Notes under the pieces: model-generated
What the model was told of the DNA's origin: nothing
The model's input: the letters and a program-made list of their open reading frames with translations, nothing else
Database searches by the model: none
Assembly (NCBI GenBank): GCA_963702475.1
Contig: CAVPCT010000005.1
Span: 512,001 to 576,000, forward strand
Source: an uncultured Thermoleophilia bacterium
Lineage (GTDB): Bacteria; Actinomycetota; Thermoleophilia; UBA2241
Reading direction: 5' to 3'
DNA: 64,000 bases
Position numbers and translations under genes: made by a program
Part shown: positions 32,766 to 43,791 of the stretch, one piece after another
Layout: each line of letters begins with the position of its first letter
How positions within the stretch are numbered: position 1 is the first letter of the stretch

Positions 32766-33818
32766 TCAGCGGCCCGCGTCCGACAGCAGCCTGGCCGTCC
32801 AGCGCGAGAGCGCGCGCTGCCACTTGGCGGCGCCCGAGTGCAGCAGGTGGTTGATGTCGTAGAAGTCCGCGCTTGTCAGGTCGGGCGCCACCGCGAAGTC
32901 GAGAAACCGCACGTGGAGCTCGCGGGCCGCGCGGCCGACGCCCCGGGAGACCGCGCGTCGCTCGGCCGCCAGCTGGTCGCCGACCACCTCATCGTTCAAC
33001 GGCAGCTGCACGAACACCGGCCGCAGGCCGTGTTCGCGGCAGGCGCTCACAAGCTTGGCGAGCGCCCGGAGGTTGGCCGCCCTGTGCTTGCGGAACTTGC
33101 CGGCGCGGGAGCCATCCCAGTGGGTCACGCGGGCCAGCTTCGCCTCTTCCGGCTTCGGCGGCCGCTGGTCGTAGTAGTGCCTCACCCAACGGCCGAGCCG
33201 GGGCGACGCACCCGGCGCGAAGGTGGCCGGCCGCCCCAGTGGACCGCGCACCGGACGCTCGACGAAGCGGCTGAGGCCCACGCCGATGAACGCCAGGCCG
33301 CCGCCCAGCTCCGGCATCTCCTCGACGAACCGGCGGTCGATGCGAAAGGTCTGGTCGTGGCTCGCGAGCGTGAACGTCCGTGCCTGCACACCGAGGTCGC
33401 GCAGTTGCCGGGCCCAGGCGGCGTCGCTGACCAGCGACTCCCGCGCCGTCGAGTCGCCGAAGTAGAGGACGACGGGCACGCGCGGCGGACGGGCTCGCAG
33501 CAGCCCGACCACCTGCCAGGCGTGACGCCACTCGCCGACTCTGAGCGTCGGGTCGACCAGCGCGCCCGGCTTGGACGACGGCGCGCCGGACGGCGACGCT
33601 CCGGCCGGCGCCCTGCCGCCGGCAGGCCCGGCCGCCCGCGAGCCGACGACGCCGGACCCCGCCGCCGGAGATGCGGAGGCGGCGCGCTCGCCGGCCGCGC
33701 CCCCGCCGCACCCGGTGAGCGCGAGAGCCGCCAGGATCAGCAGCGCTGCCGACGCCGCGCCGAGAAGGCCGGACGCGGCGCGACGGCGCCGCCGTGCGTG
33801 GGACGGACGAGGGGTCAT
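32766..33818 (-). CDS. Lipoprotein with an SGNH-like hydrolase domain
   Basis: Lipobox LTGC, YFGDST, FYDINHL; leaderless -10 TATCAT. Confidence 0.65.
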   Translation of the reverse strand: MTPRPSHARRRRRAASGLLGAASAALLILAALALTGCGGGAAGERAASASPAAGSGVVGSRAAGPAGGRAPAGASPSGAPSSKPGALVDPTLRVGEWRHAWQVVGLLRARPPRVPVVLYFGDSTARESLVSDAAWARQLRDLGVQARTFTLASHDQTFRIDRRFVEEMPELGGGLAFIGVGLSRFVERPVRGPLGRPATFAPGASPRLGRWVRHYYDQRPPKPEEAKLARVTHWDGSRAGKFRKHRAANLRALAKLVSACREHGLRPVFVQLPLNDEVVGDQLAAERRAVSRGVGRAARELHVRFLDFAVAPDLTSADFYDINHLLHSGAAKWQRALSRWTARLLSDAGR

Positions 33819-33949
33819 GAGGCCATGATACGGAGTCACACGAGGGACGGTCACCCGCCCGGCAGCCGGCCAAACGCCGGCGCGGGGTCGCAGCTCCGCG
33901 CCCCGCCCCGCGTTGGACCGCCCCCGGCCACGCTGATACCGTGCCCCCC

Positions 33950-36679
33950 ATGAGCACCGTGCAGAACGCCGTGGCCGCCCCGCTGTCCGGCCTCACCGAC
34001 GAGGAGGCGGCACGCCGGCGCGCCGCCGGCCAGGGCAACGACGTCGTGGTCAGTGCCGGACGCACGTACTCGCAGATCGTCCGCGAGAACGTCTTCAACT
34101 ACCTCAACAACCTCTTCTACATCCTGGGCATCCTGCTGCTCGTCCTCGGCAAGCCGCTGGACGCCTTCGCGGTGGTGTTCGTGATCGGCGCCAACACCGT
34201 GATCAGCCTGTTCCAGGAGATCCGCGCCAAGCGCGTGATGGACAAGATGGCGATCCTCCTGCGGCCCAAGGCCGACGTGGTGCGGGGCGGCGCGGTCGTG
34301 GAGCTCGACCCGTCGCAAGTGGTCGTGGGCGACATCCTGCGCGTGCAGCCGGGCGACCAGGTGGTCGTGGACGGACCCATGGTCGGCGAGGGACGCATGG
34401 AGGTGGACGAGTCGCTGCTCACCGGCGAGTCGGACCTCGTGCGCAAACGCCCCGGCGACGAGCTCATGTCGGGCAGCTTCTGCGCCACCGGCGGCGGCTA
34501 CTACGAGGCGGCGCGGGTGGGGTTGGACAGCTACGCCAACAAGCTCACGGCGAAGGCCAAGGCCTTCAAGCGGGAGCGGACGCCGCTGCAGAAGCAGATC
34601 CTGCAGATCGTGCGGGTGCTGCTCATCGTGGTCATCGTCTTCATGGTGCTCGTGTGGGTGCGCAACGTGCTCGTCGACGTCCCGTTCGTGGAGAGCGTGC
34701 GCATGTCCACCGTGATCCTGGCGCTGATCCCCAACGGACTCGTGCTCTCGATCGCGCTCACGTACGCCCTCGGCGCCGTGCGGCTTCTCGGCAAGGACAT
34801 GCTGGTGCAGCAGTTCAACGCCGTGGAGAGCCTGAGCAATGTGGACGTGCTCTGCACCGACAAGACGGGGACGCTGACCTCGGGCGTCATCGAGTACGAG
34901 GAGCTTGATGCGCTGGGCGGTGACGCGGAGCGAGCGCAGGCAGTGCTGGGCGCGTTCGCGGCCAGCACCACCGACGCCAACAAGACGATCGAGGCGCTGC
35001 GCGCGGCGATTCCGGCGCAGGCGGTGAGGCCCGCGCACGAAGCGTTCTTCTCTTCGGAACGCAAGTGGAGCGGGCTGGCCTTCGACGCGGGTGAGGCGCG
35101 CGGTACGTACGTGCTCGGCGCGCCCGAGATCGTCGCCCGGGCGCTGCGCGCCGGGGCCGCCGACTGGCGCGAGCGCGCCGAGGAGTGGACGGCGCGCGGC
35201 CTGCGCGTCGTGCTGTTCGCCGGGCGGGCCGAGCCGCTCGCCTTCGGCGAGCCCGACGGCCCGCCCTCCCTGCCCCCCGACCTCGACCCCCTCGCCGTCG
35301 TCTGCCTGAGCGACGAGCTGCGCCCCGGCGTACGCCAGACCCTGCAGGAGTTCAGCGACGCCGGCATCGACGTCAAGATCATCTCCGGCGACAACCCGCG
35401 CACGGTCACGGCCCTGGCCATGCAGGCGGGCTTGCAGGACCTCAACCGCAAGGAGGGCGTGGACTCGTACTGCGACATGCTCCACGCCCGGCAGGCGGAG
35501 GCGCACACGGCGGCGGCGAGCGCGCCGGTCACCGGCGCAGGCGCCGCGGACGCCGGCGAGGCTGCTGACCCCGGCGCGCGGCCGACGGAGACCGCCGTGG
35601 CGGCCGGCGCGCCGGACCCCGCGGAGTCCGCGCCTCCCCGCGAGCTCGTCTCAGTCTCCGGCCAGGAGCTCGAGGCCATGTCGCCGGACGAGTTCGCGAC
35701 GGCGGCCGACGAAGCCAGCGTGTTCGGCCGCGTGACCCCCGAGCAGAAACAGGACCTCGTCGACGCCCTGCGCGACCGCGGCCGCTACGTGGCCATGATC
35801 GGCGACGGCGTCAACGACGTGATCGCCCTCAAGGAGGCCAACGTGGCCGTCGCCATGCAGGGCGGCAGCCAGGCGGCGCGCAGCGTCGGCGACCTCATCC
35901 TGATGAAGGACACGTTCGCGCCGCTGCCCTTCGCCTTCCGCGAAGGCCAGCGCATCATCAACGGCATGAACGACATCCTGCGCATCTTCATGGTGCGCAT
36001 CTTCTTCAAGGCCGCGATGATCGCCATCGTCACCGCCATCGGAGGATTCCCCTTCGCCCCCCGCCAGTCGGCCATGCTCTCGTTCTTCGGCGCCACCGTG
36101 CCGGCCATCGCCTTCGCGCTCTGGGCGCAGCCGGGGCCGACGCCCAAGGTCGGTCTGTTCCGGCTCCTGGCCCGGTTCGTCGTGCCCACCACCGCCCTGA
36201 TGGCGGCCATCGCCACCGGCGTCTACCTGGCGTGGAGCATCCCCGCCAAGAACAGTTACCTCGCCGCGCACCCCGGCGCGACCGAGGAGCAGCTCCTGGC
36301 CAACGCGTACCCCCAGGCGACCACGGCGCTCACGATCTTCGCCTGTTTCGCCGCCATCTTCCTCATCCTGCTCATCGTGCCGCCCAACGAGTGGTGGGCC
36401 GGAGGGGCCCCGGTGGTGCGCGGCGATTGGCGCATGGTGGGAGTGGTGGGGTTCCTGTTCGCCTCCATGGTCGTGATCCTCAGCGTGCCCCTGATCCGGA
36501 TCCTGTTCGAGATCACAGCGCTGCCGGTGTGGCAGTACTTCGTGCTGCTCGGGCTGGCGTTCGTGTGGAGCCAGCTCTGCCTGCTGATCTGGAAGTGGCG
36601 CCTGCTGGACCGCTGGTTGGGGACGGCGGAGGACCCCGGCAACCTGTGCGCCCGGGGGTTGGCACCGAAGCGGCCCTGA
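33950..36679 (+). CDS. P-type cation-transporting ATPase (CtpE-like)
   Basis: DESLLTGES, DKTGTLT, FSSERKWSG, ISGDNP, GRVTPEQK, MIGDGVND. Confidence 0.92.
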   Translation: MSTVQNAVAAPLSGLTDEEAARRRAAGQGNDVVVSAGRTYSQIVRENVFNYLNNLFYILGILLLVLGKPLDAFAVVFVIGANTVISLFQEIRAKRVMDKMAILLRPKADVVRGGAVVELDPSQVVVGDILRVQPGDQVVVDGPMVGEGRMEVDESLLTGESDLVRKRPGDELMSGSFCATGGGYYEAARVGLDSYANKLTAKAKAFKRERTPLQKQILQIVRVLLIVVIVFMVLVWVRNVLVDVPFVESVRMSTVILALIPNGLVLSIALTYALGAVRLLGKDMLVQQFNAVESLSNVDVLCTDKTGTLTSGVIEYEELDALGGDAERAQAVLGAFAASTTDANKTIEALRAAIPAQAVRPAHEAFFSSERKWSGLAFDAGEARGTYVLGAPEIVARALRAGAADWRERAEEWTARGLRVVLFAGRAEPLAFGEPDGPPSLPPDLDPLAVVCLSDELRPGVRQTLQEFSDAGIDVKIISGDNPRTVTALAMQAGLQDLNRKEGVDSYCDMLHARQAEAHTAAASAPVTGAGAADAGEAADPGARPTETAVAAGAPDPAESAPPRELVSVSGQELEAMSPDEFATAADEASVFGRVTPEQKQDLVDALRDRGRYVAMIGDGVNDVIALKEANVAVAMQGGSQAARSVGDLILMKDTFAPLPFAFREGQRIINGMNDILRIFMVRIFFKAAMIAIVTAIGGFPFAPRQSAMLSFFGATVPAIAFALWAQPGPTPKVGLFRLLARFVVPTTALMAAIATGVYLAWSIPAKNSYLAAHPGATEEQLLANAYPQATTALTIFACFAAIFLILLIVPPNEWWAGGAPVVRGDWRMVGVVGFLFASMVVILSVPLIRILFEITALPVWQYFVLLGLAFVWSQLCLLIWKWRLLDRWLGTAEDPGNLCARGLAPKRP

Positions 36680-36715
36680 GTGCCGGGCGCCGCCCTCAGC
36701 TCGCCGGTCGCGCGC

Positions 36716-37390
36716 TCACACCAGCCCGGCCGACGGGCACATGCCGGCGAGCGGGCACTCCCCGCAGGCGGGCCGCCGCGCGTGGCAGATGCGGCGGCCG
36801 TGCCGCACGAAGTCCACGTGCGCGGCGTACACCTGCGCCGTGTCCTCCGGTCCGGCCAGCTCGGTGAGCAGCGGGTGCGCCTGCTCCGCCGTCACCTTCT
36901 CGCCGATGACGCCGAGCCGCCGCGCCACACGGTGCACGTGCGTGTCGACCGGCATGACCGGCCGCTCCAGCGAGAACAGCAGCACGCAGGCGGCGGTCTT
37001 GGGGCCCACCCCCGGCAGGCCGGTGAGGTAGTCCTGCGCCTCCCCGTCGGCGAGGTCGTCGAGGACCGCCAGGTCGGGCTCGCCGGTGCGCGCGCTGATC
37101 GCCTCCAGGATGCTCTTGATGCGCGGCGCCTTGGTGTGCGCCAGGCCGCCGAGCGCGATGGCCTCCTCGATCTCCTCCGGCGTCGCGTCGCGGCAGGCCT
37201 TCCACTCCGGAAAGCGCGCCTTGAGCGCGGCGAAGGTGCGCTCGGTGTTGACGTCGGCGGTGTTCTGCGAAAGCACGGTGAACACGAGCTCGTCCACCGG
37301 CGGATAGCGCGGCGAGAGCACGGGCCGGCCGTAGAAGTCGTCCAGCAGCCGGACGGCGTCGGCGAGCTGCTGCCGTGGTGAGGTCGTCAT
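36716..37390 (-). CDS. nth: Endonuclease III / HhH-GPD DNA glycosylase
   Basis: VLSQNT, LPGVGPKTA, VDTHVHR, C-terminal CX6CX2CX5C. Confidence 0.88.
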   Translation of the reverse strand: MTTSPRQQLADAVRLLDDFYGRPVLSPRYPPVDELVFTVLSQNTADVNTERTFAALKARFPEWKACRDATPEEIEEAIALGGLAHTKAPRIKSILEAISARTGEPDLAVLDDLADGEAQDYLTGLPGVGPKTAACVLLFSLERPVMPVDTHVHRVARRLGVIGEKVTAEQAHPLLTELAGPEDTAQVYAAHVDFVRHGRRICHARRPACGECPLAGMCPSAGLV

Positions 37391-37574
37391 CGGCGGCAGC
37401 CTATCACCCCGGCAGGAGCCGCACTGACCGGACGGGCTGAGCCTCGCCGGTGCCGCGGCGGCCGGCCCAGCGGGACGTCGCGCCTACAACGTCCACCGCC
37501 CCTCACGGTTCCACCAGGAGCACCCTTGGGAACCACTACGGTGAGACGTGTCCACGGCAAGGGGGGTGAGCACC

Positions 37575-37889
37575 GTGAAAGGCATCCTCGTCTTCGGCGG
37601 TTCCGGGCCGCTGCTCATCGTCAGCTCCTACCCCGCCGTCGACGACCCGCGCCTCATCGCGCGCCTGAGAGCAAAGGGGCTGCAGAAGTTCATGGCCTGG
37701 GAGATCCCCATCGACCGCTGCCGAGACCTGTACGGGTTCACCTACCGCGACATCGTGGAGGACCTCCAGTCGCACGACGACCTGCGCGTGCTGGACTTCG
37801 ACGGCCACCGCATCTTCCTCAACTTCTCGCTGCGGGACCTGCACGACGGCGTGATCTACGAGGACGGACGCATGAGCGTGGCGGCCTGA
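37575..37889 (+). CDS. Small hypothetical cytoplasmic protein
   Basis: Strong codon bias, globular composition (GSGPLLIVSSY...LRVLDFDGHRIF). Confidence 0.7.
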   Translation: MKGILVFGGSGPLLIVSSYPAVDDPRLIARLRAKGLQKFMAWEIPIDRCRDLYGFTYRDIVEDLQSHDDLRVLDFDGHRIFLNFSLRDLHDGVIYEDGRMSVAA

Positions 37890-37984
37890 CGGCCGCGAAG
37901 CGAGCGCCGGCCGGGAGCGGGACGCCGGGTGCGAGGTGGTAGCCTGAAGCGCATGCGAAGGCCCACCCCGCACAGTCCGGCCGC

Positions 37985-40900
37985 GTGACCGGCTGGCGCT
38001 TCTGGATCGACCGCGGCGGCACGTTCACCGACGTGGTCGCACGGCGGCCCGACGGCACACTCGCCGTGCGCAAGCTCCTGTCCGCCGATCCGCACTACGA
38101 CGACGCCGCCGTGCAAGGCGTGCGCGACCTGCTGGGGCTGGGCGCCGGCGACCCTCTTCCGGCCGGCGCCGTGGCCGAGGTGCGCATGGGCACCACGGTC
38201 GCCACGAACGCCCTGCTGGAGCGTCGCGGCGAGCCGACCGTGCTCGTGACGACGCGCGGCTTCGGAGACGCCCTGCGCATCGGCTACCAGGACCGGCCCG
38301 ACATCTTCGCCCTGGACATCCGGCTGCCGAAGCCCGCCTACGAGCGCGTGGTCGAGGTCGACGAACGGGTCGGCGCCGACGGGAACGTGGTGCGCGCGCT
38401 GGACGAGGAGGGCGCGCGCCGGGCGCTCGAGGAGGCGCGCGCCGGCTTCACCTCCGTGGCGATCGCCTTCATGCACGGCTACCGGTACCCGGAGCACGAG
38501 CGGCGCGTGGCGGAGCTGGCGCGGGCCGCCGGCTTCACGCAGGTCTCGCGCGTCGCACGAGGCCGTGCCGCTCATGAAGCTCGTGAGCCGCGGAGAGACC
38601 ACGGTGGTCGACGCCTACCTCTCCCCCATCCTGCGGCGCTACGTGGACGGTGTGGCCGCGCAGCTTCCCGTGCGCCTGCGCTTCATGCAGTCGCACGGGG
38701 GGCTCACCGACGCGCACCTGTTCCGCGGCAAGGACAGCATCCTCTCGGGCCCGGCGGGCGGCATCGTCGGCGCGGTCCACACCGCCCACCGCGCCGGGTT
38801 CGACCGGCTCGTCACGTTCGACATGGGGGGCACCTCCACCGACGTCGCGCACTACGCCGGCGAGTACGAGCGGAGCTTCGAGAGCGTCGTCGGAGGCGTA
38901 CGTCTGCGGGCGCCCATGCTGCGCATCCACACCGTGGCCGCCGGCGGCGGCTCCGTGTGCTCCTTCGAGGACGGCCGCTACCGGGTCGGCCCGCGCAGCG
39001 CCGGGGCCGATCCCGGGCCGGCCTGCTACGGCCGCGGCGGCCCGCTGGCCGTCACCGACTGCAACCTGGTGGCCGGCAAGGTGCATCCGTCGTTCTTCCC
39101 GGCCGTCTTCGGGCCGGACGGCGACGCGCCCGTCGACCCCGAGGCGGCGCGCGCGGCGCTCGCCGGGGTGGCCGCGGCGATGAGGGCCGCCGGGGTCGAG
39201 CCGCCGGCGCAGGAGCAGCTCGCCGACGACTTCATCCGGGTCGCCTGCGACACGATGGCCCGCGCCATCAAGCGCATCTCCACGCAGCGCGGGCACGACA
39301 TCAGCGGCGCCGTACTGGTCTGCTTCGGCGGCGCCGCCGGCCAGCACGCCTGCCTCGTCGCCGACGCCCTCGGCGTCGACGGGGTGCTGCTCCACCCGCT
39401 GGCCGGCGTGCTCAGCGCCTACGGCATGGGCCTCGCGGACGTGCGTGCGCTGCGCCAGCGCACCGTCGAGATGCCGCTCACGGAGACCGCCGGTGATAAC
39501 GAGTCCGAGGCCGGCGACCCGGAGCCGGTCGCGCACGCTCCGGCCCCGGAGCTGGACGCCGCCCTCGCCGACCTCGAGCGCGAGGCCGTGGCCGAGCTCG
39601 CAGCACAGGGCTTCGCGGCCGCCGACGTCACGCTGGAGCGGCGCGCTCACGTCAAGTACGCGGGGACGGACGTGTCGCTGCCGGTCCACTGGGGACCGGG
39701 ACCGGCGATGGCCGCCGCGTTCACGGCCCTGCACCGGCAGCGCTACGGCTTCGTGATGCCGGGCCGCGGCCTGACGATCGAGGCCCTGGCCGTCGAGGCC
39801 GTCGGAAGCGGGGAGGATCGCAAGGGCGATGTGGAAGCCGGCCGGCCCGGCGACACGTGGCGCGGCGGCGACGCGGCCGGTGAGGCCGCCCCGGTCCCGC
39901 GCGGAGCCGGCCCGGGCGCAGGCCCTGCAGCCGCGCGCCCGCCGCTTCCGACGCCCTCCGAGCGCGTCCGGCTCTTCACTTCCGGAGCGTGGCGCGAGGC
40001 CCCGGTCCACCCTCGCGCCTCGCTGCCGCCGGGGACGGCCCTCGAGGGCCCGGCGATCGTCACCGAGCCCACGAGCACGACCGTCGTCGAGCCCGGCTGG
40101 CGCGCGAGGGTCCTGGCCGGCGGGGAGCTGCTCCTGCGGCGCACCTCCCCGCCTCCTCCCCCCTCCGCCGACCCGTCGCAGCGTTCCCCCCTGCTCCTCG
40201 AGGTCTTCAACAACCTGTTCATGTCCATCGCCGAGCAGATGGGCGCGACCCTCCAGAACACGGCCTGCTCGGTGAACATCAAGGAACGGCTGGACTTCAG
40301 CTGCGCCGTGTTCGACGGCGACGGCGGGCTCGTGGCCAACGCCCCCCACCTGCCCGTGCACCTGGGCTCCATGGGCGCGTCGGTGCAGGCCGTACTGGCG
40401 CGGCACCGCGACGAGCTGCGGCCCGGCGACGCGTACCTGCTCAACTCGCCGTACGCCGGCGGCACCCACCTGCCCGACCTCACGGTGGTGACCCCCGTGT
40501 TCGCGGACGGCGCGGGGGACGCTGACGGCGCGGGGACCGCCGGCGCCTCCGGCGCCGGCTCAGCCCGCGAGCCGCTGTTCTTCGTCGCCTCGCGCGCCCA
40601 CCACGCCGACATCGGCGGCATCACTCCGGGCTCCATGCCGCCCGACAGCCGGCGCATCGAGGACGAGGGCGTGCTCATCGAGGACTTCCGCCTCGTGGAG
40701 GGCGGCGAGTTGCGCGAGGCGGAGGCGGCCGCCCTGCTCTCGGGCGGACCCCACCCCGTGCGCGACCTCGCCCAGAACCTCGCCGACCTGCGCGCCCAGG
40801 TCGCGGCCAACGCGCGAGGCGCCGCGGAGCTCGCGCGCATGGTCGGCGAGTTCGGCCTGCCGGTGGTGGCCGCCTACATGCGGCACGTGCAGGACAACGC

Positions 40901-41767
40901 CGAGGAGGCCGTGCGTCGCGTCCTCGACAGACTCGGCGACGGGAGCTTTCGCCAGGAGATGGACGACGGCAGCGTGATCGCCGTGCGCGTGCAGGTCGAC
41001 CGCACCCGGCGCGAGGCCACCGTGGACTTCACCGGCACGTCTACCCAGCGCGCCGACAACTTCAACGCGCCTGCGGCGGTCTGCACGGCGGCGGTCCTCT
41101 ACGTGTTCCGCACCCTCGTGGACGCCGACATCCCGCTCAACGCCGGCTGCCTCAAGCCGCTGCGCATCGTGATCCCCCCGGGCTCGCTGCTGGACCCGGC
41201 CTACCCGGCCGCCGTCGCGGCCGGCAACGTGGAGACGTCCCAGGCCATCACCAACGCCCTGTTCGGGGCGCTCGGCGTGGTCGCCGCCTCGCAGGGGACC
41301 ATGAACAACGTGACCTTCGGCGACGAGCGGTACCAGTACTACGAGACGGTCTGCGGCGGGGCCGGCGCAGGGCCCGGCTTCGACGGCTGCAGCGCGGTGC
41401 ACACCCACATGACCAACTCGCGCCTCACCGACCCGGAGGTGCTGGAGTGGCGGTACCCCCTGCGCGTGGAGGAGTTCTGCCGTGCGGGCCGGCAGCGGAG
41501 GCGATGGGCGGCGGCGCGGCGGCGACGGGGTGGTCCGCCGCCTGCGGTTCCTCGAGCCGCTCACGGCGGCCGTGGTCTCGAGCAGCCGCCGGGTGCCGCC
41601 CTACGGGCTCGGCGGCGGCCTCTCCGGCGCGACCGGGCCGCAACGCGGTGGAGCGCGCCGGCGGCGAGGTCGAGGAGCTGCCCGGCGTGTGCCGGGTCGA
41701 GATGACGCCGGGCGACGTGCTCGTGGTGGAGACGCCCGGCGGGGGAGGCTACGGGGCGCCGGCCTGA
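37985..41767 (+). CDS. oplA: ATP-dependent 5-oxoprolinase / fused hydantoinase A+B; frameshifts at about 38550, 41485 and 41640
   Basis: [71 protein letters not shown], spread over successive frames. Confidence 0.9.
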
Positions 41768-41874
41768 CGGCTGCGCGGCGCGGGCTGACGCCCGCCGCAG
41801 GGCACCGCGGCGACACGGCATCGCGCCGGATCGTCACGGCGATGGCCGCGCCGCGCCGGGCCGGCAGCAGGCGG

Positions 41875-42162
41875 TCAGTACGCGGCGGCCTTGCTCCTCA
41901 TCTCGCGACGCTTCCTGCGCCGCAGGATCGCGCTGAGACCGAAGCCGACCAGGAACCCAACGAGCGAGCCACAGGATCAGCATCAGCCAGGCCGGCAGCG
42001 AGATCCACCAGAAGAAGAAGTGGAAGCGCCACGACTCCTTGGTGTTCTGCAGGATGAGGATCAGGATGAGGATCCCGACACGCCGACGGCTATGAGCTTG
42101 CCGTTGACCCGCCGCCGCCTCGCTGGCTGCGCTGACACCTGCACTTCAGGGTTGGTGCTCAT
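41875..42162 (-). CDS. LapA/DUF1049-like small membrane protein, not in the ORF track (two frameshifts)
   Basis: Manual translation: MSTNPE...GILILILILQNTKESWRFHFFFWWISLPAWLML...VGFLVGFGLSAILRRRK; GAGGGGG RBS. Confidence 0.65.
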
Positions 42163-42264
42163 GCATACCCCCCTCGACTGTCCCTTGCGGGTTAGGTTCG
42201 CCGCCCGTGGCGTCTACCCTTGCGTGCCTCGCGCCGGGCACAGCGGACGGGAGCCGGAGAGCGG

Positions 42265-42300
42265 GAGGAGAGCCGCGCGGTCGCCCGCGCGGCTCTCCTC
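42265..42300 (-). terminator. 16-bp hairpin after the aminotransferase gene
   Basis: GAGGAGAGCCGCGCGG-tcgc-CCGCGCGGCTCTCCTC. Confidence 0.6.
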
Positions 42301-42346
42301 GGACCTGCGGGGGGCGGGCCGCCTCGGCCGCCGCCCCCGCGACACC

Positions 42347-43635
42347 TCACTGCTTCGCGTACGCCGCCAGTGCCCGCTCGATGGTGGCCACCACGGCGTC
42401 CAGCTGCGCCTCGCTGATGACGAGCGGCGGCTGGATGCGCAGCACCGATCCGAAGTTGCCGCCCACGCCGATGAGCACCTTGTTCTCGAGGCAGTACTGG
42501 CGTGTGAAGGCCGCCGCCGCGGTGCCGTAGGCCTTGGTGGCCCGGTCGGCGACCAGCTCGACGCCGACCATGAGGCCGCGGCCGCGCACCTCGCCGATGA
42601 GCGGCTGCGTCTGCTGCAGCTCGCGCAGGGCGGCCATGAGGCGCGCGCCCTTGCGCGGCGCTCTGCCCGGCGAGGTCCTGCTCCTCAGTGGAAGCGGATG
42701 TTGGCGAGGGCCGCGGCGCAGGACACGGGGTTGCCGCCGAAGGTGGAGAGGTGGTCGCCGACCTGGAAGGCGTCGGCGATCTCGGCGGTGGTCGTGAAGG
42801 CGCCCAGCGGCCAGCCGTTGGCGATGCCCTTGGCCTGGCAGATGATGTCGGGCGTGACGCCGTAGTGCTCGATCGCGAACATCCTGCCGGTGCGCCCGTA
42901 GCCCGACTGCACCTCGTCGCAGATGAAGAGCACGCCCTCCTCGTCGAGCCACTCCTTGACCACGCGGAAGTAGTCGTCGGGGGGCACGATGATGCCGCCC
43001 TCGCCGAGGACCGGCTCGGCGATGAAGGCGGCCACATCGCCGGAGAGCGCGAGACGCGCGGTCTCGGCGACGCGGCGCGCGCAGGCCATGCCGCAGCTCT
43101 CGACCTCGAGGTTCAGGGGGCAGCGGTAGCAGTAGGGCGTGGGGGCGAAGGCGACGCCGGGCATGTAGGGGCCGCCGCCCTTCTTGCGCCCCGAGTTGCC
43201 GGTCAGCGAGAGAGTCGCGTAGGTGCGCCCGTGGAAGCTCGACTCGAGGGCCACGAACTCGCGCCTGCCGGAGTAGCGCTTGGCGAGCCGCAGGGCGCCC
43301 TCGATGGCCTCGGCCCCGGAGTTGGCGAAGAAGGTCTTCTGCAGGCGCCCGGGGGTGATCTCGGCGAGCTTCTCGGCGAGGTCGGCGGCCGACTCCACGT
43401 GGTAGACGTAAGTACAGGCGTGCACGAGCTTCTCGGCCTGCGCCTTGGCGGCCGCGATGACGGCGCGGTTGCCGTGGCCGGCGTTGGTCACGCTGATGCC
43501 GGCGAAGCAGTCGATGTACTCATCGCCGCCGGCGTCGTAGAGCAGGGCGCCCTCGCCGTGGTCGGCGACGATGGGCTCGATGCGTTTCACGAACCCGCTG
43601 ATGATGTAGTCACGGTATTTCTGTTCCACACCCAT
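42347..43635 (-). CDS. Class III PLP aminotransferase (GabT/ArgD-like); frameshift at about 42690
   Basis: NSGAEAIE, SFHGRT, DEVQSGYGRTG, AKGIANG, TFGGNP, then GEVRGRGLMVGVELV in a shifted frame. Confidence 0.9.
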
Positions 43636-43791
43636 GCTATCGACCACCCTTCGGCGACCACGCGCGTAGACAACGGACAAATGGGGTGCTGCCGAAGCCT
43701 ATCAGACAGGCGGGAAGGCGAAGCCGTGACGGACGTCCGACGCGACAGCGTGGAGCAGGACAGACGGGCCACCGGGCAGACCCGCCGGCGC

